Virus record (IMG/VR): IMGVR_UViG_3300049215_000686
Coordinates: 93,132-157,131 of that record
Origin: a virus
Length of the DNA: 64,000 nucleotides
Direction: 5' to 3' (one strand)
Each line of letters opens with the position of its first letter. Positions within the stretch are counted from its first letter, which is position 1. Shown here one piece after another: positions 10,467 to 20,595 of this stretch. Made by a program: the position numbers and the translations under genes. The notes under the pieces were generated by a model. It did not search any database, was not told where the DNA came from, and saw only the letters and a program-made list of their open reading frames with translations.

Positions 10467-10981
10467 AGGCTCACCAATAAATAGACAATAAGCAAATCGG
10501 TTAAACCATGAACAAGTTGATCTAAGCCCAAAGACCACCAAAAGAAGGTGTTGCCTCTCAGTTCAGCACCGAACTTCTCCCGGACACCCTCCTCGCCCAA
10601 CCTGGGGAGATAGGATAAAATATGTCTCATTTTTTCTTCAGAAAGAGCCTTAAATCTTCCCAAATAACGCGGCCCTGCCTTGATTCGGTCCATGATGAAA
10701 TGGCAAATGAAATCAATCCCAGCCAAAATAGGGGGTAAAAGGCAATAATCGGCCAACATCCCGAAGTGATCGAGCCACCAACAAGAAATTAAAAACGTAA
10801 AGCCAGCATGAACAAGGCAATGACTTGCAAGGGGTAAAACGAAATCCCAATTAGGGGAAAACTTTTTCAGCATCCACGGGCGTTGAAGGGGAAAATCCGC
10901 CAGGAAGTGTTTCAGAAGAAAGACCGCTAATAGAAGAAATATCGGATTCGACGGAAAGCATATTACGTGGATTAATTCCAT
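10463..10981 (-). CDS. DUF3307-like membrane protein
   Basis: KHFLADFPLQ, H...H, HFIMD, GLDQLVH. Confidence 0.85.
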   Translation of the reverse strand: MELIHVICFPSNPIFLLLAVFLLKHFLADFPLQRPWMLKKFSPNWDFVLPLASHCLVHAGFTFLISCWWLDHFGMLADYCLLPPILAGIDFICHFIMDRIKAGPRYLGRFKALSEEKMRHILSYLPRLGEEGVREKFGAELRGNTFFWWSLGLDQLVHGLTDLLIVYLLVSL

Positions 10982-11204
10982 TTTTTGCGTCCTCTATGTC
11001 TTCATTGATCTCGACCCTATAATGCGAACTGCCCACCATCTCGCTTAAGATGTAGTTCAGTGCCCGCTCGGCTGTAACGACGATATTCTCTAATGATGTC
11101 TTAAACCGGTTGTTGCCGTCAAATTCAAAAACGTTCGGTTCGCGACGAGTCTCATTAGACCGAATCACCCATCCGTTTTGTGCTTCTTCAATTTCGATTC
11201 TCAC
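10851..11204 (-). CDS. hypothetical protein
   Basis: MRIEIEEAQNGWVI phage-like N-terminus; long 3' overlap with next gene. Confidence 0.5.
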   Translation of the reverse strand: MRIEIEEAQNGWVIRSNETRREPNVFEFDGNNRFKTSLENIVVTAERALNYILSEMVGSSHYRVEINEDIEDAKNGINPRNMLSVESDISSISGLSSETLPGGFSPSTPVDAEKVFP

Positions 11205-12931
11205 CCAAGAGCCTCACTCTCAATGGCTTTCATCAGCCCTTCTTGCATCGCTTTTACCTGCTCGACGTTCTCAGTCCGTTCAAGAACAATCGCGCCACCC
11301 AGCGTCATAAGCAACTGAGCGACCGACAATGCATTTTCAAGGGCTGAAAGGGTAACTCGGGTTGGATCCATGATCCCGCCAACCCACCACTCAACCAATT
11401 CACGCTTCAATGCATCGTATACATAAAAGTTATCAGTATCATTAACCGGAGGGCCAATTTGCTCTAAAAGAGATTTCACTTCGCCAATACCCGCGTTCTC
11501 CAAAATCCGAACAAACGGCTGTTTCAAAGCGTTCACAAAAATCGTGAATGGAGATTTGTTTTTTGAAGCGAAATAAATATCTTTTTCAAGATGATTTGCA
11601 ATCAAAGCGAGTGTCGATCCACCACCGGGAACGACTCCCATCATCAAGGCCGACCTTACCGCACAAATTGCATCAGTCACCCGTGCGTGACGTTCTTTGG
11701 CTTCCAGTTGAGTCTTACCCCCCGCAAAGATCGTAGAGACTCCGCCCGTCAAGCGGCCAATACGGTAACGAATGAGATCGCAATCAAACTCTGAAGCCCC
11801 TTGCATCTGCTTTTTAAGATCCGCGATCCTGCCCTCGACTCGTTCAAGTTCAGATTCCCCGATAATAACGCCTTCGCTTCTTCCCAATTTCATGGTTTCA
11901 CAAAAACCAAGTTGCGGAAGTTGCGATTCAGTCAGAGGAGAGCCTTGGGGATCAAAGACAAAGCCGCCCGTATAAGCCGCCACATCATGCAAAAACTCAC
12001 TTCGACCATTGGCTTGGCCATTTCGTGGAGTAATCACGGGAACAACCGTAAGAGTTCCCCGACGAAAGTTCTGTGCCATCATTTTAAGGACTTGATCACT
12101 GAAGCGGTGACTGAACACAATCAAAGGGGCTTTAATTGATCGACCAGCGGAATCGAGTTCAGATCCAACTCTTTGCATCAGAGGAACAATAGTTCCAATA
12201 TCATTGATTTCCCCGTCATAGAGGCACACATAGGCGCCTTCGACCATGCAATCGCCCAAATCGTTACGATTCACAAAAGAAGGGCCTGCTGACCCCCCAA
12301 GATCGGTAAGTCCAGAATTGAAAGAAAAACCTTTTTCGAAAGAAACGCGGCATTCGGCGCCCGCTCCTTCTTCAGCGATACAGATGCCGTCTTCACCGAC
12401 TCCCTCGACCGCTTCGGCCACTGCCTGAGCAATTTCAGTGTCTCCATTGGCGCTAATCAAAGCCACATGCTCGATCGCTTTTTTGGCTTCCTCTTTGGCA
12501 AGATCTCGGATGGATACCGATTTTTCAAGGATCGCGGGGCGGATTCTTAAATTGTAAATGTTTTTCAATTCACGAGAAAGAAGTTGCGGAGAATATCCAG
12601 GATTTGCCTCTAAGAATTTTTGGCCTTCTTCAACCAAAGCCGCGCCTAAAACAATGGCCGTGGTCGTTCCATCACCAGCATCTCGAACCGTTCTTTCACA
12701 AATTTCAATCGCAGAGCGAGCAACGACATCTTCGAGATCTCCTGATCCCTGAAAATGACGCGCAACAGTAACGCCGTCTTTTGTAGATAAAGGAGGCCGA
12801 TTTTCAACTTCCAGAAGAATGGGTCTGCCGCCCGGGCCGAGAGTCGCTGCCACGATCTGGGAGAGATCCTGAATCGCCTTCAGAACAATCTTCTTCGTCG
12901 CTTCGTTGCCATGATAAGTCTTCATTTTCAT
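11201..12931 (-). CDS. groEL: phage GroEL-like chaperonin
   Basis: TLGPGGR, TKDGVTVA, AGDGTTTA, ISANGD, GVVPGGG; likely start MKMKTYHG. Confidence 0.93.
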   Translation of the reverse strand: MKMKTYHGNEATKKIVLKAIQDLSQIVAATLGPGGRPILLEVENRPPLSTKDGVTVARHFQGSGDLEDVVARSAIEICERTVRDAGDGTTTAIVLGAALVEEGQKFLEANPGYSPQLLSRELKNIYNLRIRPAILEKSVSIRDLAKEEAKKAIEHVALISANGDTEIAQAVAEAVEGVGEDGICIAEEGAGAECRVSFEKGFSFNSGLTDLGGSAGPSFVNRNDLGDCMVEGAYVCLYDGEINDIGTIVPLMQRVGSELDSAGRSIKAPLIVFSHRFSDQVLKMMAQNFRRGTLTVVPVITPRNGQANGRSEFLHDVAAYTGGFVFDPQGSPLTESQLPQLGFCETMKLGRSEGVIIGESELERVEGRIADLKKQMQGASEFDCDLIRYRIGRLTGGVSTIFAGGKTQLEAKERHARVTDAICAVRSALMMGVVPGGGSTLALIANHLEKDIYFASKNKSPFTIFVNALKQPFVRILENAGIGEVKSLLEQIGPPVNDTDNFYVYDALKRELVEWWVGGIMDPTRVTLSALENALSVAQLLMTLGGAIVLERTENVEQVKAMQEGLMKAIESEALG

Positions 12932-13571
12932 AATCGCCTGACTCCATTGAGTTTTTTGCGTTTCTGGCGGAGTTTTGCAGCCCACCATCGATATATTCCC
13001 AGCCTAAAAACTTACACGCATCGCGAATCCCAGGGTTACCATACGGATCCAGAACCCGATCACCTGGTTGAAGATCGGCGAGTTGTCCGCAATTGAGGAC
13101 TAGAGCCGCCGGCAAAAATCGTCGATCCCGCCTGTCATTCCTTAACGGCCAGTGATCTCCAATACAGGTTGCGTATTCGTCTTCATCAAAAGTTCCTTCG
13201 CGCCCTTCAAAACCTTTTTTGATCTTCGTGGCGGCTTCGCGGTTAATGTGATAATTTTTTTGCTTCGCTAATACGCCCAAAACTTCCCAGGTATTCGTCA
13301 GTCTTTTTGATTTCGTCGTGACAATCGATCGATCCCGATACCAGCAAATTTTTGCCGCAATTACCAGCCCAGCGTCTTCCAATTCACAAAGGAGGCGCCC
13401 GCCGTTATTGGGGAATTCCACATGAATCGGCATCGAGACAAACATGAGCCCGCGAGCATCAACAAATTTTGCCATTTCCAAAACAGGCTTGATATCGAAG
13501 CGGGAGCAATAAGGAAGACGGGTGATTAATGCTTGGCAATTAGGGATCTTCATCTTGACATGGCGCTCCAT
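12804..13571 (-). CDS. divergent DNA methyltransferase-like protein
   Basis: LITRLPY (motif IV-like) and GDRVLDPYG (motif I-like), both degenerate. Confidence 0.5.
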   Translation of the reverse strand: MERHVKMKIPNCQALITRLPYCSRFDIKPVLEMAKFVDARGLMFVSMPIHVEFPNNGGRLLCELEDAGLVIAAKICWYRDRSIVTTKSKRLTNTWEVLGVLAKQKNYHINREAATKIKKGFEGREGTFDEDEYATCIGDHWPLRNDRRDRRFLPAALVLNCGQLADLQPGDRVLDPYGNPGIRDACKFLGWEYIDGGLQNSARNAKNSMESGDYENEDLSWQRSDEEDCSEGDSGSLPDRGSDSRPGRQTHSSGS

Positions 13572-13630
13572 GACTTGGCTAAAATTAGGGTCACAAGAGT
13601 ATTATACAAAAAGGGAGATTTATTGATTTT

Positions 13631-13885
13631 ATGGAGAAGGACCTAAAGAAACTTTGGAAGATCTACCGATCAAAAGCGCCCGTAAACCGGCAAACCTCTC
13701 AAATCCGAGCATTTCAGGCATATCAGGTAATTAAGCCCTATTTAACCAAAGAAGAAATCAGTAAAATAGAGACTGCTCTTGGCCATGCCCTTTTTGTGGG
13801 AGAAGGCCGAAGAGAATTTGATCACATTTGCACCGAGATCGAAAAACGCCTATTTCAAACCCAACCATTCTTGTCTAAGTCTTAA
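13631..13885 (+). CDS. hypothetical protein
   Basis: 84-aa ORF divergent from the upstream gene. Confidence 0.55.
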   Translation: MEKDLKKLWKIYRSKAPVNRQTSQIRAFQAYQVIKPYLTKEEISKIETALGHALFVGEGRREFDHICTEIEKRLFQTQPFLSKS

Positions 13886-14890
13886 TCCAATTCTTTCCCA
13901 GTCTTCATGATTCTTTTGAGAAAACCGAATTAAAGATTGGCGAGAAAGACCTCTTTCGGCAAATTCAACTGCTTTTAAAAATCGATCCTTAGTAAAAGAA
14001 TAAGACTCTACCGAGAAATCTCCAAAATCATATTCTTTGCAATAAAGAGCCGTCTTCCGGGTAACCCCAATATTGACAAAGGGAACCCCTGCAATCGTCG
14101 CAAAAATGAGCCCGTGATATTTCATACTGACAACCAAATCCACCGACTCCCGAAGAGTATTTATTAAATCCGTCGTATCGCATCCGCTTTTATAGATAAG
14201 ATCCTCAGGCATAATTCCGACGTTTCGATTGCTTCGCATCCTCGACATCACATCATAATGCATTGCGATATCGTAGGCATAACGTCCATTCGATAGATGA
14301 AGAAACCCGATGTCATACCATTGGTTCAGATAATCCAGAGACTTCGCTAATTCCCATTTGAAATATTCGAAATAAGAAACTTCGGCGAACTCTTTGGCGG
14401 TAATATCCGGATGAATTGCTGAATTCGCAAGAATTACTACCATCTTTTTTCGAGGAGAACCCTGCCGAACAGGGGCCTCTCCGAAGCCAGGAATAGCAAA
14501 AGCCAAATCAGGACAGAGTTTTGCCGGCAACCCTCTTCGGGCACCCATAAGATAATCCGCGTAATTCCTGAAATAAATCTTTTGGCATGGCCCATCAAGC
14601 AAATCCAATTCGCTCTCATACCCCAGACCAACACCTAACGCATAAAAAGGCCGATCTTTAGGCAAAAGGGAAAGGTAATAAGGCTTGATGACATCTCCGC
14701 CACCTAGAATCAAAAGCGGATTATCCAAACCCTCCATCAAAGAGGTCGAACTAAAATAAAGAGGATTTTCAGGAAAGAGGTGTTGAAACGCTAATTTAAA
14801 AGACTCATCGCCTAAATTATTTCGTCCGTACCAACCCAAAATATTTATAGGGCGCTGAATTCTTGATTGCTCTTCACGCTGAGATACCAT
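13850..14890 (-). CDS. polysaccharide pyruvyl transferase family protein
   Basis: GWYGRNNLGD, GGGDVI, PDLAF, SMKYHGLI. Confidence 0.88.
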   Translation of the reverse strand: MVSQREEQSRIQRPINILGWYGRNNLGDESFKLAFQHLFPENPLYFSSTSLMEGLDNPLLILGGGDVIKPYYLSLLPKDRPFYALGVGLGYESELDLLDGPCQKIYFRNYADYLMGARRGLPAKLCPDLAFAIPGFGEAPVRQGSPRKKMVVILANSAIHPDITAKEFAEVSYFEYFKWELAKSLDYLNQWYDIGFLHLSNGRYAYDIAMHYDVMSRMRSNRNVGIMPEDLIYKSGCDTTDLINTLRESVDLVVSMKYHGLIFATIAGVPFVNIGVTRKTALYCKEYDFGDFSVESYSFTKDRFLKAVEFAERGLSRQSLIRFSQKNHEDWERIGLRLRQEWLGLK

Positions 14891-16131
14891 TTTGCGATCT
14901 TATCCCAGGTTCTTTGTTCGATAAAGTCAGTAGTCTTTTCTTTGATTGATTTTTCATAAACCGGATCTTCAAATATCCGAGATATTTCGTCAACATATTG
15001 AGAAATATCGGAACACACGGGGACTGCTCCCTTAAACTCCTGAAAAAAAGGAACATCTCCTAAAACAGTAGGAATGCCGCTCGCTAAAACCATTCGAATG
15101 GCGCCCGAAGCCCCATGAACCTTCCACTCCGGATGATTCCAATAAGGGAAGAGCCCAACCCGCGATTGCCGAAGGTAACTCAATAAGACCTCTTCGGATC
15201 TAAACCCTTTATGTAAAACAAAATTGTTAGTGAGATCTTTTTCTCGAACGATCTCCATGAGTTTATCGTAATAAGAATTGCCGAAATTTTCACTAAACCG
15301 GGACACATTAAAAATCCCGATATAAAGAACATCAGGATAGAATTCCTTTAAGTTCTCGACAATCTGAATCGCTTGATCCCAGCCCTTATATTCGAACCCA
15401 AATCCATATTGAAAAAGAACGTGCGAATTCGACATTTGAGAAAACCTCATATCAATATGAGGAATCTTTAAACAGCCATGAGGAACATAATGAATCGGGC
15501 AATGAGTTATCTTTCTTTTTTTAAGTAAGTCTCTGCCGCTTTTGGAATGGACGATAACTTCTTTGCAAGGCGCCTCAAAGATAAGTTTGTCCACGTGATC
15601 GTAAACGCTATGAAGGACCACAATGGTACGCCAGCGAGACAAATGTCCTAAAAGCAAGTTCCAGTTGCCGCCATGATTAAAACAGCCGTATTCATGTTGA
15701 ACATAAATGATATCCGGGTCAAAGGTTTCAATTTGAGAGATGATTCCGGAATAGTTTCCACTTCGATCCCAACAGCGAATCACTCCGTCTTTTTCATCAT
15801 CCACGTAGTCTTGTAGGCTTGAGAATTCGGAAAAAATCTTGAGTTCTTTCACTAAAGGACGCATTTCGTCGCAAAGGTATTTAGTATAGGTCGCGATCCC
15901 ACAATTGATGCCATAAGAGGCGATCATCGCGACCCTAAGGTCTTGCCAAGGCTGGTTTTCCGCATCTGATTTAAGAATCAGCCGACCTCTCCAAACCTCA
16001 TATTGGTCAATGATTTCTTCAGGACTTAAATGGCAAAGTTCGTAAGGCCGCTCGATTATTTCGCAGTTTTCAAACCGAAACCTTTCAGTTCCAACCGCTA
16101 AGATTTTCTTCCCACGGTACGCGATATACAT
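14845..16131 (-). CDS. GT-B glycosyltransferase (GT4-like)
   Basis: CGIATYT, QHEYG, VPHG, YGFGFEYKG, SGAIRMVLASGIP. Confidence 0.88.
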   Translation of the reverse strand: MYIAYRGKKILAVGTERFRFENCEIIERPYELCHLSPEEIIDQYEVWRGRLILKSDAENQPWQDLRVAMIASYGINCGIATYTKYLCDEMRPLVKELKIFSEFSSLQDYVDDEKDGVIRCWDRSGNYSGIISQIETFDPDIIYVQHEYGCFNHGGNWNLLLGHLSRWRTIVVLHSVYDHVDKLIFEAPCKEVIVHSKSGRDLLKKRKITHCPIHYVPHGCLKIPHIDMRFSQMSNSHVLFQYGFGFEYKGWDQAIQIVENLKEFYPDVLYIGIFNVSRFSENFGNSYYDKLMEIVREKDLTNNFVLHKGFRSEEVLLSYLRQSRVGLFPYWNHPEWKVHGASGAIRMVLASGIPTVLGDVPFFQEFKGAVPVCSDISQYVDEISRIFEDPVYEKSIKEKTTDFIEQRTWDKIAKWYLSVKSNQEFSAL

Positions 16132-16165
16132 CTCAAAAACGCCTTACTCATGGCTGGCGAACTCA

Positions 16166-16471
16166 TTAACGTGAAATTTTCCACCAAATCTTTCTTGGCT
16201 TAGAAACAACCCACTGAATGTGAAGATAATACTTCTCTCGATGATGATGTTTTATCCTCCGAATGCTGCCAAAAACTTGGTCGGGTTGCTGATGAGAACA
16301 CGAGCAATGCGATTGATCGCTAAGCCCATCAACAAACATCACCTCAACCATTCCGGGACAAAAAGGAATCGCAAATTCCGTATCCCCCGTTTCTGTCACA
16401 GTCAAGTTCCCATGTGTTTTCATGAAATTACTCCGAAATAATGCCAACGCGGCGGACAACTTTTTCAACAT
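16166..16471 (-). CDS. hypothetical protein
   Basis: 101-aa ORF in operon orientation. Confidence 0.5.
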   Translation of the reverse strand: MLKKLSAALALFRSNFMKTHGNLTVTETGDTEFAIPFCPGMVEVMFVDGLSDQSHCSCSHQQPDQVFGSIRRIKHHHREKYYLHIQWVVSKPRKIWWKISR

Positions 16472-16581
16472 AAATCAATGTAGAAAGGTTTTAGCGGCGG
16501 ATCAAATTGTTCCGACATTTGATAAATCCGGCGAGCAATTGGACACTTGCTGGTTTGACCGGAATCCGCCACCAAAACTAA

Positions 16582-18765
16582 CTAAAACTCCACTTTCGTC
16601 TCATCAACACTCAAAGTATATTCGATCCCATTCAGAGTGAGCGTCGATTTTTCTCTGGACGGAAACTCATCAAACCACTTTTTACCCAAAATAATTGCAA
16701 ACTTTGTCTCTTGGATATCAGAGCGGACCAAGATCAATTCTCGCTTGAGTTTAGAAATTTCATCATCCAAGAAGGCAATCCTTACCGTGTCGGATGCGGT
16801 CTTTGACAAATTCTGGTCAAATAAATCGAGCCCAGACTTCACCAAAAGCATACCGGGAGTCAATTTTCCTCCCTTTTTGTTCTTCTCAAGCACGTCCTTA
16901 ACCGAAGGCAACGAAGACAACCCCTTCATCTTGATCTCAAATTCTTTGGCCATATAGAAATCAGTGGCCTCGACCTTTTCAACCGGAGGGCTAAATCCGT
17001 TTCGACCAATCCCCTGGCTTTCAAGGTAGAGTTCCTGGTCAGAGGTCAACGAGCCCCTTCCAAGTTTCGATTTGCCATCCGGATCGATCTCGTTTCTCAA
17101 ATAATTGAGAGCCTTAAGTTGAGCCTCAAGTTCGAGTTCACGATGAGCCTTTTGGCAAAGCGTCCTTGCTGAAGTCTTCCCCTCAGCGATTTGGCGATTA
17201 ATAATCGGGATTCGGTCCAGATGAAGGACAACTGGCGATCCACCATCTCCATACCGAACATAATCCTCAATCACACCTTGACCATACAGAAGATCAAACG
17301 TGGTTCGAGAAAGTGTCACGGGCAGCCGGTCAACATTCAGAAAACCATCTTTTACAAGTGCGTAGTTTCTCCAAACATAAGTAGGATAGGGGTTAGTAAA
17401 GCCCTGTTTTCGGTAATCCCCTTGAAGTTCCACATGGCCTTTAATCTGAGCCAAGACCGATAAATTCAATTTCGTCTTGTTCCAACTGAGTTTATTAAGC
17501 GCACATTTCACATTCCGGTCTGGGGCAAATTCGGGATATCCCGCCTTGACCTTAGATCCCGACCCAATTCGTTTATATTCAAAATCAGGATGATAGGGAT
17601 AAAAGTGGGATTGTTCATCTTGCATCAGAGCCTTAAGAGCATCGAGCACGCAAAACGCATCGGATTTAGGTAAATAAGAACGATCAATCCCCTGGATGAA
17701 ACGGCGTTTAGGATTGGCCATCGCTTCTTGGATCTTCCCTTCTGCTCGCCCGTATTCGGTATTAGTGAACGCGTTATTGACCGAATCAATCAATTCACGA
17801 TCACCAATCACTCCCAATACCTCCAGCGCGACATCAGATTTGGCTCTTTGCGTCAACAAATAAGCCGCGCCGTATAGCCCCCGAATCATCGATTCTCGGT
17901 TAGTGGGACGCTTCAGATCGCTTTCAGGCAAAGAAATCTCTTCTCCTCCAGTGGGAGCCCGATCGGTCAAGATATAAATTGAATCACGATTGCCTCGCGT
18001 AGGAACGAATTCAACGGCTCGATCAATAACGGAATACAAATTGATTTGTTTTCCATTGATCCCAAAGGTCAGGGCGTCTTTTGAAACCGGGATATCAAGA
18101 TCAACTTTCATTTTTAACCCGTTTTCACGAGAATCTTTCATGAAGCCGTCGAGTTGTGCGGAGAAAGTCGGCAAACTTTCCGAATGAATGAGCGAGCCGC
18201 CTAACCTTTCAGCCATTTGGCTCATCAATTCTTTATTGTAATAATCTCCGTAACCCACGAGAAGACTGGAAGCGATTCGAGAACCAATTTTTTCAATCGC
18301 AGAATGAATCGCTGTGATCTCTCGCGAATAATTCGAAACAACCGGGTATCCATCTGTGAAAAAGCAAAGCGCAAAATTGGATGAAATATTCGAAAGATCT
18401 TTGAGCACTTGATCGGTGTCATTCAAAATCTCACTGAAACAAGTAGTGGTCAATGAATGCTTGTTCCGATTAATCGTGTCTTCAAGAACCTTATAGTCAC
18501 GATTTTCGGTGATTTTGTAGCCCTTCAACATGAAATTGCTCTCGCCCTCACCAGAAAACCAACCCAGCGTGATCGTGTCTCCTACTGGGATGTCTTTGGC
18601 TTTTACAACGAGATCTCGGGCCAATTGTGGAAGAACTCCCGACATGGACCCTGATCTGTCATAAATCCAAACATGATTGATATGAGACGGGCGAGATTGT
18701 GTTGGGTGACTGTTGACGAACTGCTCGACCAGATAAAGATCTGGCTTAATTTTAAAATAGCGCAT
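16582..18765 (-). CDS. large vWA-domain protein
   Basis: MIDAS DRSGSM...FFTDG; AAGGAG RBS. Confidence 0.85.
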   Translation of the reverse strand: MRYFKIKPDLYLVEQFVNSHPTQSRPSHINHVWIYDRSGSMSGVLPQLARDLVVKAKDIPVGDTITLGWFSGEGESNFMLKGYKITENRDYKVLEDTINRNKHSLTTTCFSEILNDTDQVLKDLSNISSNFALCFFTDGYPVVSNYSREITAIHSAIEKIGSRIASSLLVGYGDYYNKELMSQMAERLGGSLIHSESLPTFSAQLDGFMKDSRENGLKMKVDLDIPVSKDALTFGINGKQINLYSVIDRAVEFVPTRGNRDSIYILTDRAPTGGEEISLPESDLKRPTNRESMIRGLYGAAYLLTQRAKSDVALEVLGVIGDRELIDSVNNAFTNTEYGRAEGKIQEAMANPKRRFIQGIDRSYLPKSDAFCVLDALKALMQDEQSHFYPYHPDFEYKRIGSGSKVKAGYPEFAPDRNVKCALNKLSWNKTKLNLSVLAQIKGHVELQGDYRKQGFTNPYPTYVWRNYALVKDGFLNVDRLPVTLSRTTFDLLYGQGVIEDYVRYGDGGSPVVLHLDRIPIINRQIAEGKTSARTLCQKAHRELELEAQLKALNYLRNEIDPDGKSKLGRGSLTSDQELYLESQGIGRNGFSPPVEKVEATDFYMAKEFEIKMKGLSSLPSVKDVLEKNKKGGKLTPGMLLVKSGLDLFDQNLSKTASDTVRIAFLDDEISKLKRELILVRSDIQETKFAIILGKKWFDEFPSREKSTLTLNGIEYTLSVDETKVEF

Positions 18766-18783
18766 CCTTGCTCCTTAATTGTT

Positions 18784-19776
18784 TTAAGACGTGGAAAATC
18801 CGATAGGTGATCCTGAATGGGCCGAATTGGGCTTCACTTTCATCTTCTTAAGACGAGACAAAACATCTGTCGCCGAATTCCCTTGGCACCAAACTCCGAC
18901 AATGAGTTCCCTTAAATGGGCGATCGACATCCCTTTAGTCTCGGCAACAAGATCAATTCCATCAGGAGAGAAAGTCGTCTGGATCTTGGCTTCCAAATAC
19001 ATCCTCCTGGCCTCATCATTCGGAGTATCGATCTTTTCAATTCGATCGAATCGACTTGGGCGATTAGTGATTCGAGAATCCAGTTTTTCAGGGTAATTGG
19101 TCGTAGCGATGAAAACGATATTATCGATTTGAGATTCGCCGTCTAGGATACTCAACACTTCGGATTCTCCGAAACGTTCGATCACAGCATCGAGGTCTTC
19201 CCAAATCTCAATCATTTCCCGCTGAGGCTCAATGGAACGAACCTGAGACAGAATGTATCCTAAAAGATCAGGGCTTTCCGCAATAAGAACCAATCCGCCC
19301 TTTGAAACCATTTTCTTAACCAAAATGGCTACCGTACAAGTCTTGCCCGAACCGGGAGGTCCCCAAAGCAAAAATCCTCGCTTATGGCTAAAACCAAATT
19401 CTTTAAATTTTCTCTTTAACTCCCAGAACTTTTCGACTTCAGCGATAATCGAATCTGATTTTGTGTCAGGAAACTGAATCAGCGAATCAGTAATCAAATT
19501 AATAGGATCAAGCCATACACCAAGATTGCTTATATGAGGCTTATAGCAACCTGAAGGGAGGCTCTGAATGGTCGCTGTGGTGGCCATATATCCTGTGCCG
19601 AATAAAGCGTATTGGCACAGTTTCCCAGGCTCGGGCTTCTTTGCTCCTTTTGACTCGTCCGCGACCTCATTCGTGAGATCCGCGAGGGGGCTACGGCTTC
19701 GTTTCTTTTCGGCAACCTTTTCGGTTCCTACTTTTTCATAAAACTCGTCCAGACTTCCGGTGTCCGGGGTATCCAT
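18784..19776 (-). CDS. AAA+ ATPase
   Basis: GPPGSGKT, WEDLD, ATTNYPEKLD, RPSRFD. Confidence 0.92.
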   Translation of the reverse strand: MDTPDTGSLDEFYEKVGTEKVAEKKRSRSPLADLTNEVADESKGAKKPEPGKLCQYALFGTGYMATTATIQSLPSGCYKPHISNLGVWLDPINLITDSLIQFPDTKSDSIIAEVEKFWELKRKFKEFGFSHKRGFLLWGPPGSGKTCTVAILVKKMVSKGGLVLIAESPDLLGYILSQVRSIEPQREMIEIWEDLDAVIERFGESEVLSILDGESQIDNIVFIATTNYPEKLDSRITNRPSRFDRIEKIDTPNDEARRMYLEAKIQTTFSPDGIDLVAETKGMSIAHLRELIVGVWCQGNSATDVLSRLKKMKVKPNSAHSGSPIGFSTS

Positions 19777-19805
19777 CGAATGCTCCTATCCTTGGAGTAA
19801 GTGTT

Positions 19806-20301
19806 TTACCGCTTCGGAGGCTTTCTTGATTTCTTGCTTACTGCTTTTGAATTGGTTCCAAGAGCCCTTCTCACCGCCCGCCCCATTTCCGCTGGAGCAG
19901 ATTCGAAAAGAGGCTGAGGATCCCGGACATCCTGTCCAATTCCACCTAGTCCGATCGCGGCAGCCAAATCTGTAAGATTTAAGTGTGGATCAAAAATCCT
20001 TTGACCACAATAAATAAAATTTTCCTGAAGTTCGTGGAGTTCCGCTGCCTCGATTGCCTTATAAGCCGTCCGGATGATCTCGCTTTCGCATGCGTGAGAG
20101 GAGAGATACCACTTCCGGCATTTTTGCAATTTCACTTCTCCCGTCATCCGATCTTTCAGTTGAAAGGTCACCTGAAGAAGAAAACCCGTCGCCCTTCGAA
20201 TGGATCTGAAATCGCCAGTCTTTGTAGTTGATCTTGGAAACGATTAATGAAATCCACCGTTTCATAGAAGCGCTGCCATCGAGGTGACGAAGGTGAGTCA
20301 T
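19806..20301 (-). pseudogene. phage protein split by a +1 frameshift (pseudogene, sequence indel or programmed shift)
   Basis: Frame 1 ...DWRFQIHSKGDGF joins frame 2 LLQVTFQLKDRMTG...RKWYLSSH...TAYKA...ELHE...IFDPH at GGG TTT T (20187-20181). Confidence 0.6.
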
Positions 20302-20318
20302 GCGGTTCCTCCGCCAAA

Positions 20319-20561
20319 TCAGGGATTATCTTTCATTGCCTCATGAAGAGCGTCTGTGAACTTTTTCTCTTGCTTAGGCGATATCCGAGACTTTACCGCT
20401 TCGGTCGCCATTTTCACTGAACTCAAAAGACTATCGAGTTGATCATGCGTTGCCTGCTCGGCTTGCTGCTCTTCTCTCCGTTGTTGATTAAGCATCAGCG
20501 CATACAAGCCAACGCCCATTACAAATAAACCCACCACCAAAAGAACTGTCCCGGTACCCAT
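20319..20561 (-). CDS. small membrane-anchored protein
   Basis: N-terminal TM helix, GGAGG RBS, upstream TATAAT. Confidence 0.7.
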   Translation of the reverse strand: MGTGTVLLVVGLFVMGVGLYALMLNQQRREEQQAEQATHDQLDSLLSSVKMATEAVKSRISPKQEKKFTDALHEAMKDNP

Positions 20562-20595
20562 CGATTGAATCCTCCAACGTTATTATACCGTTTTC

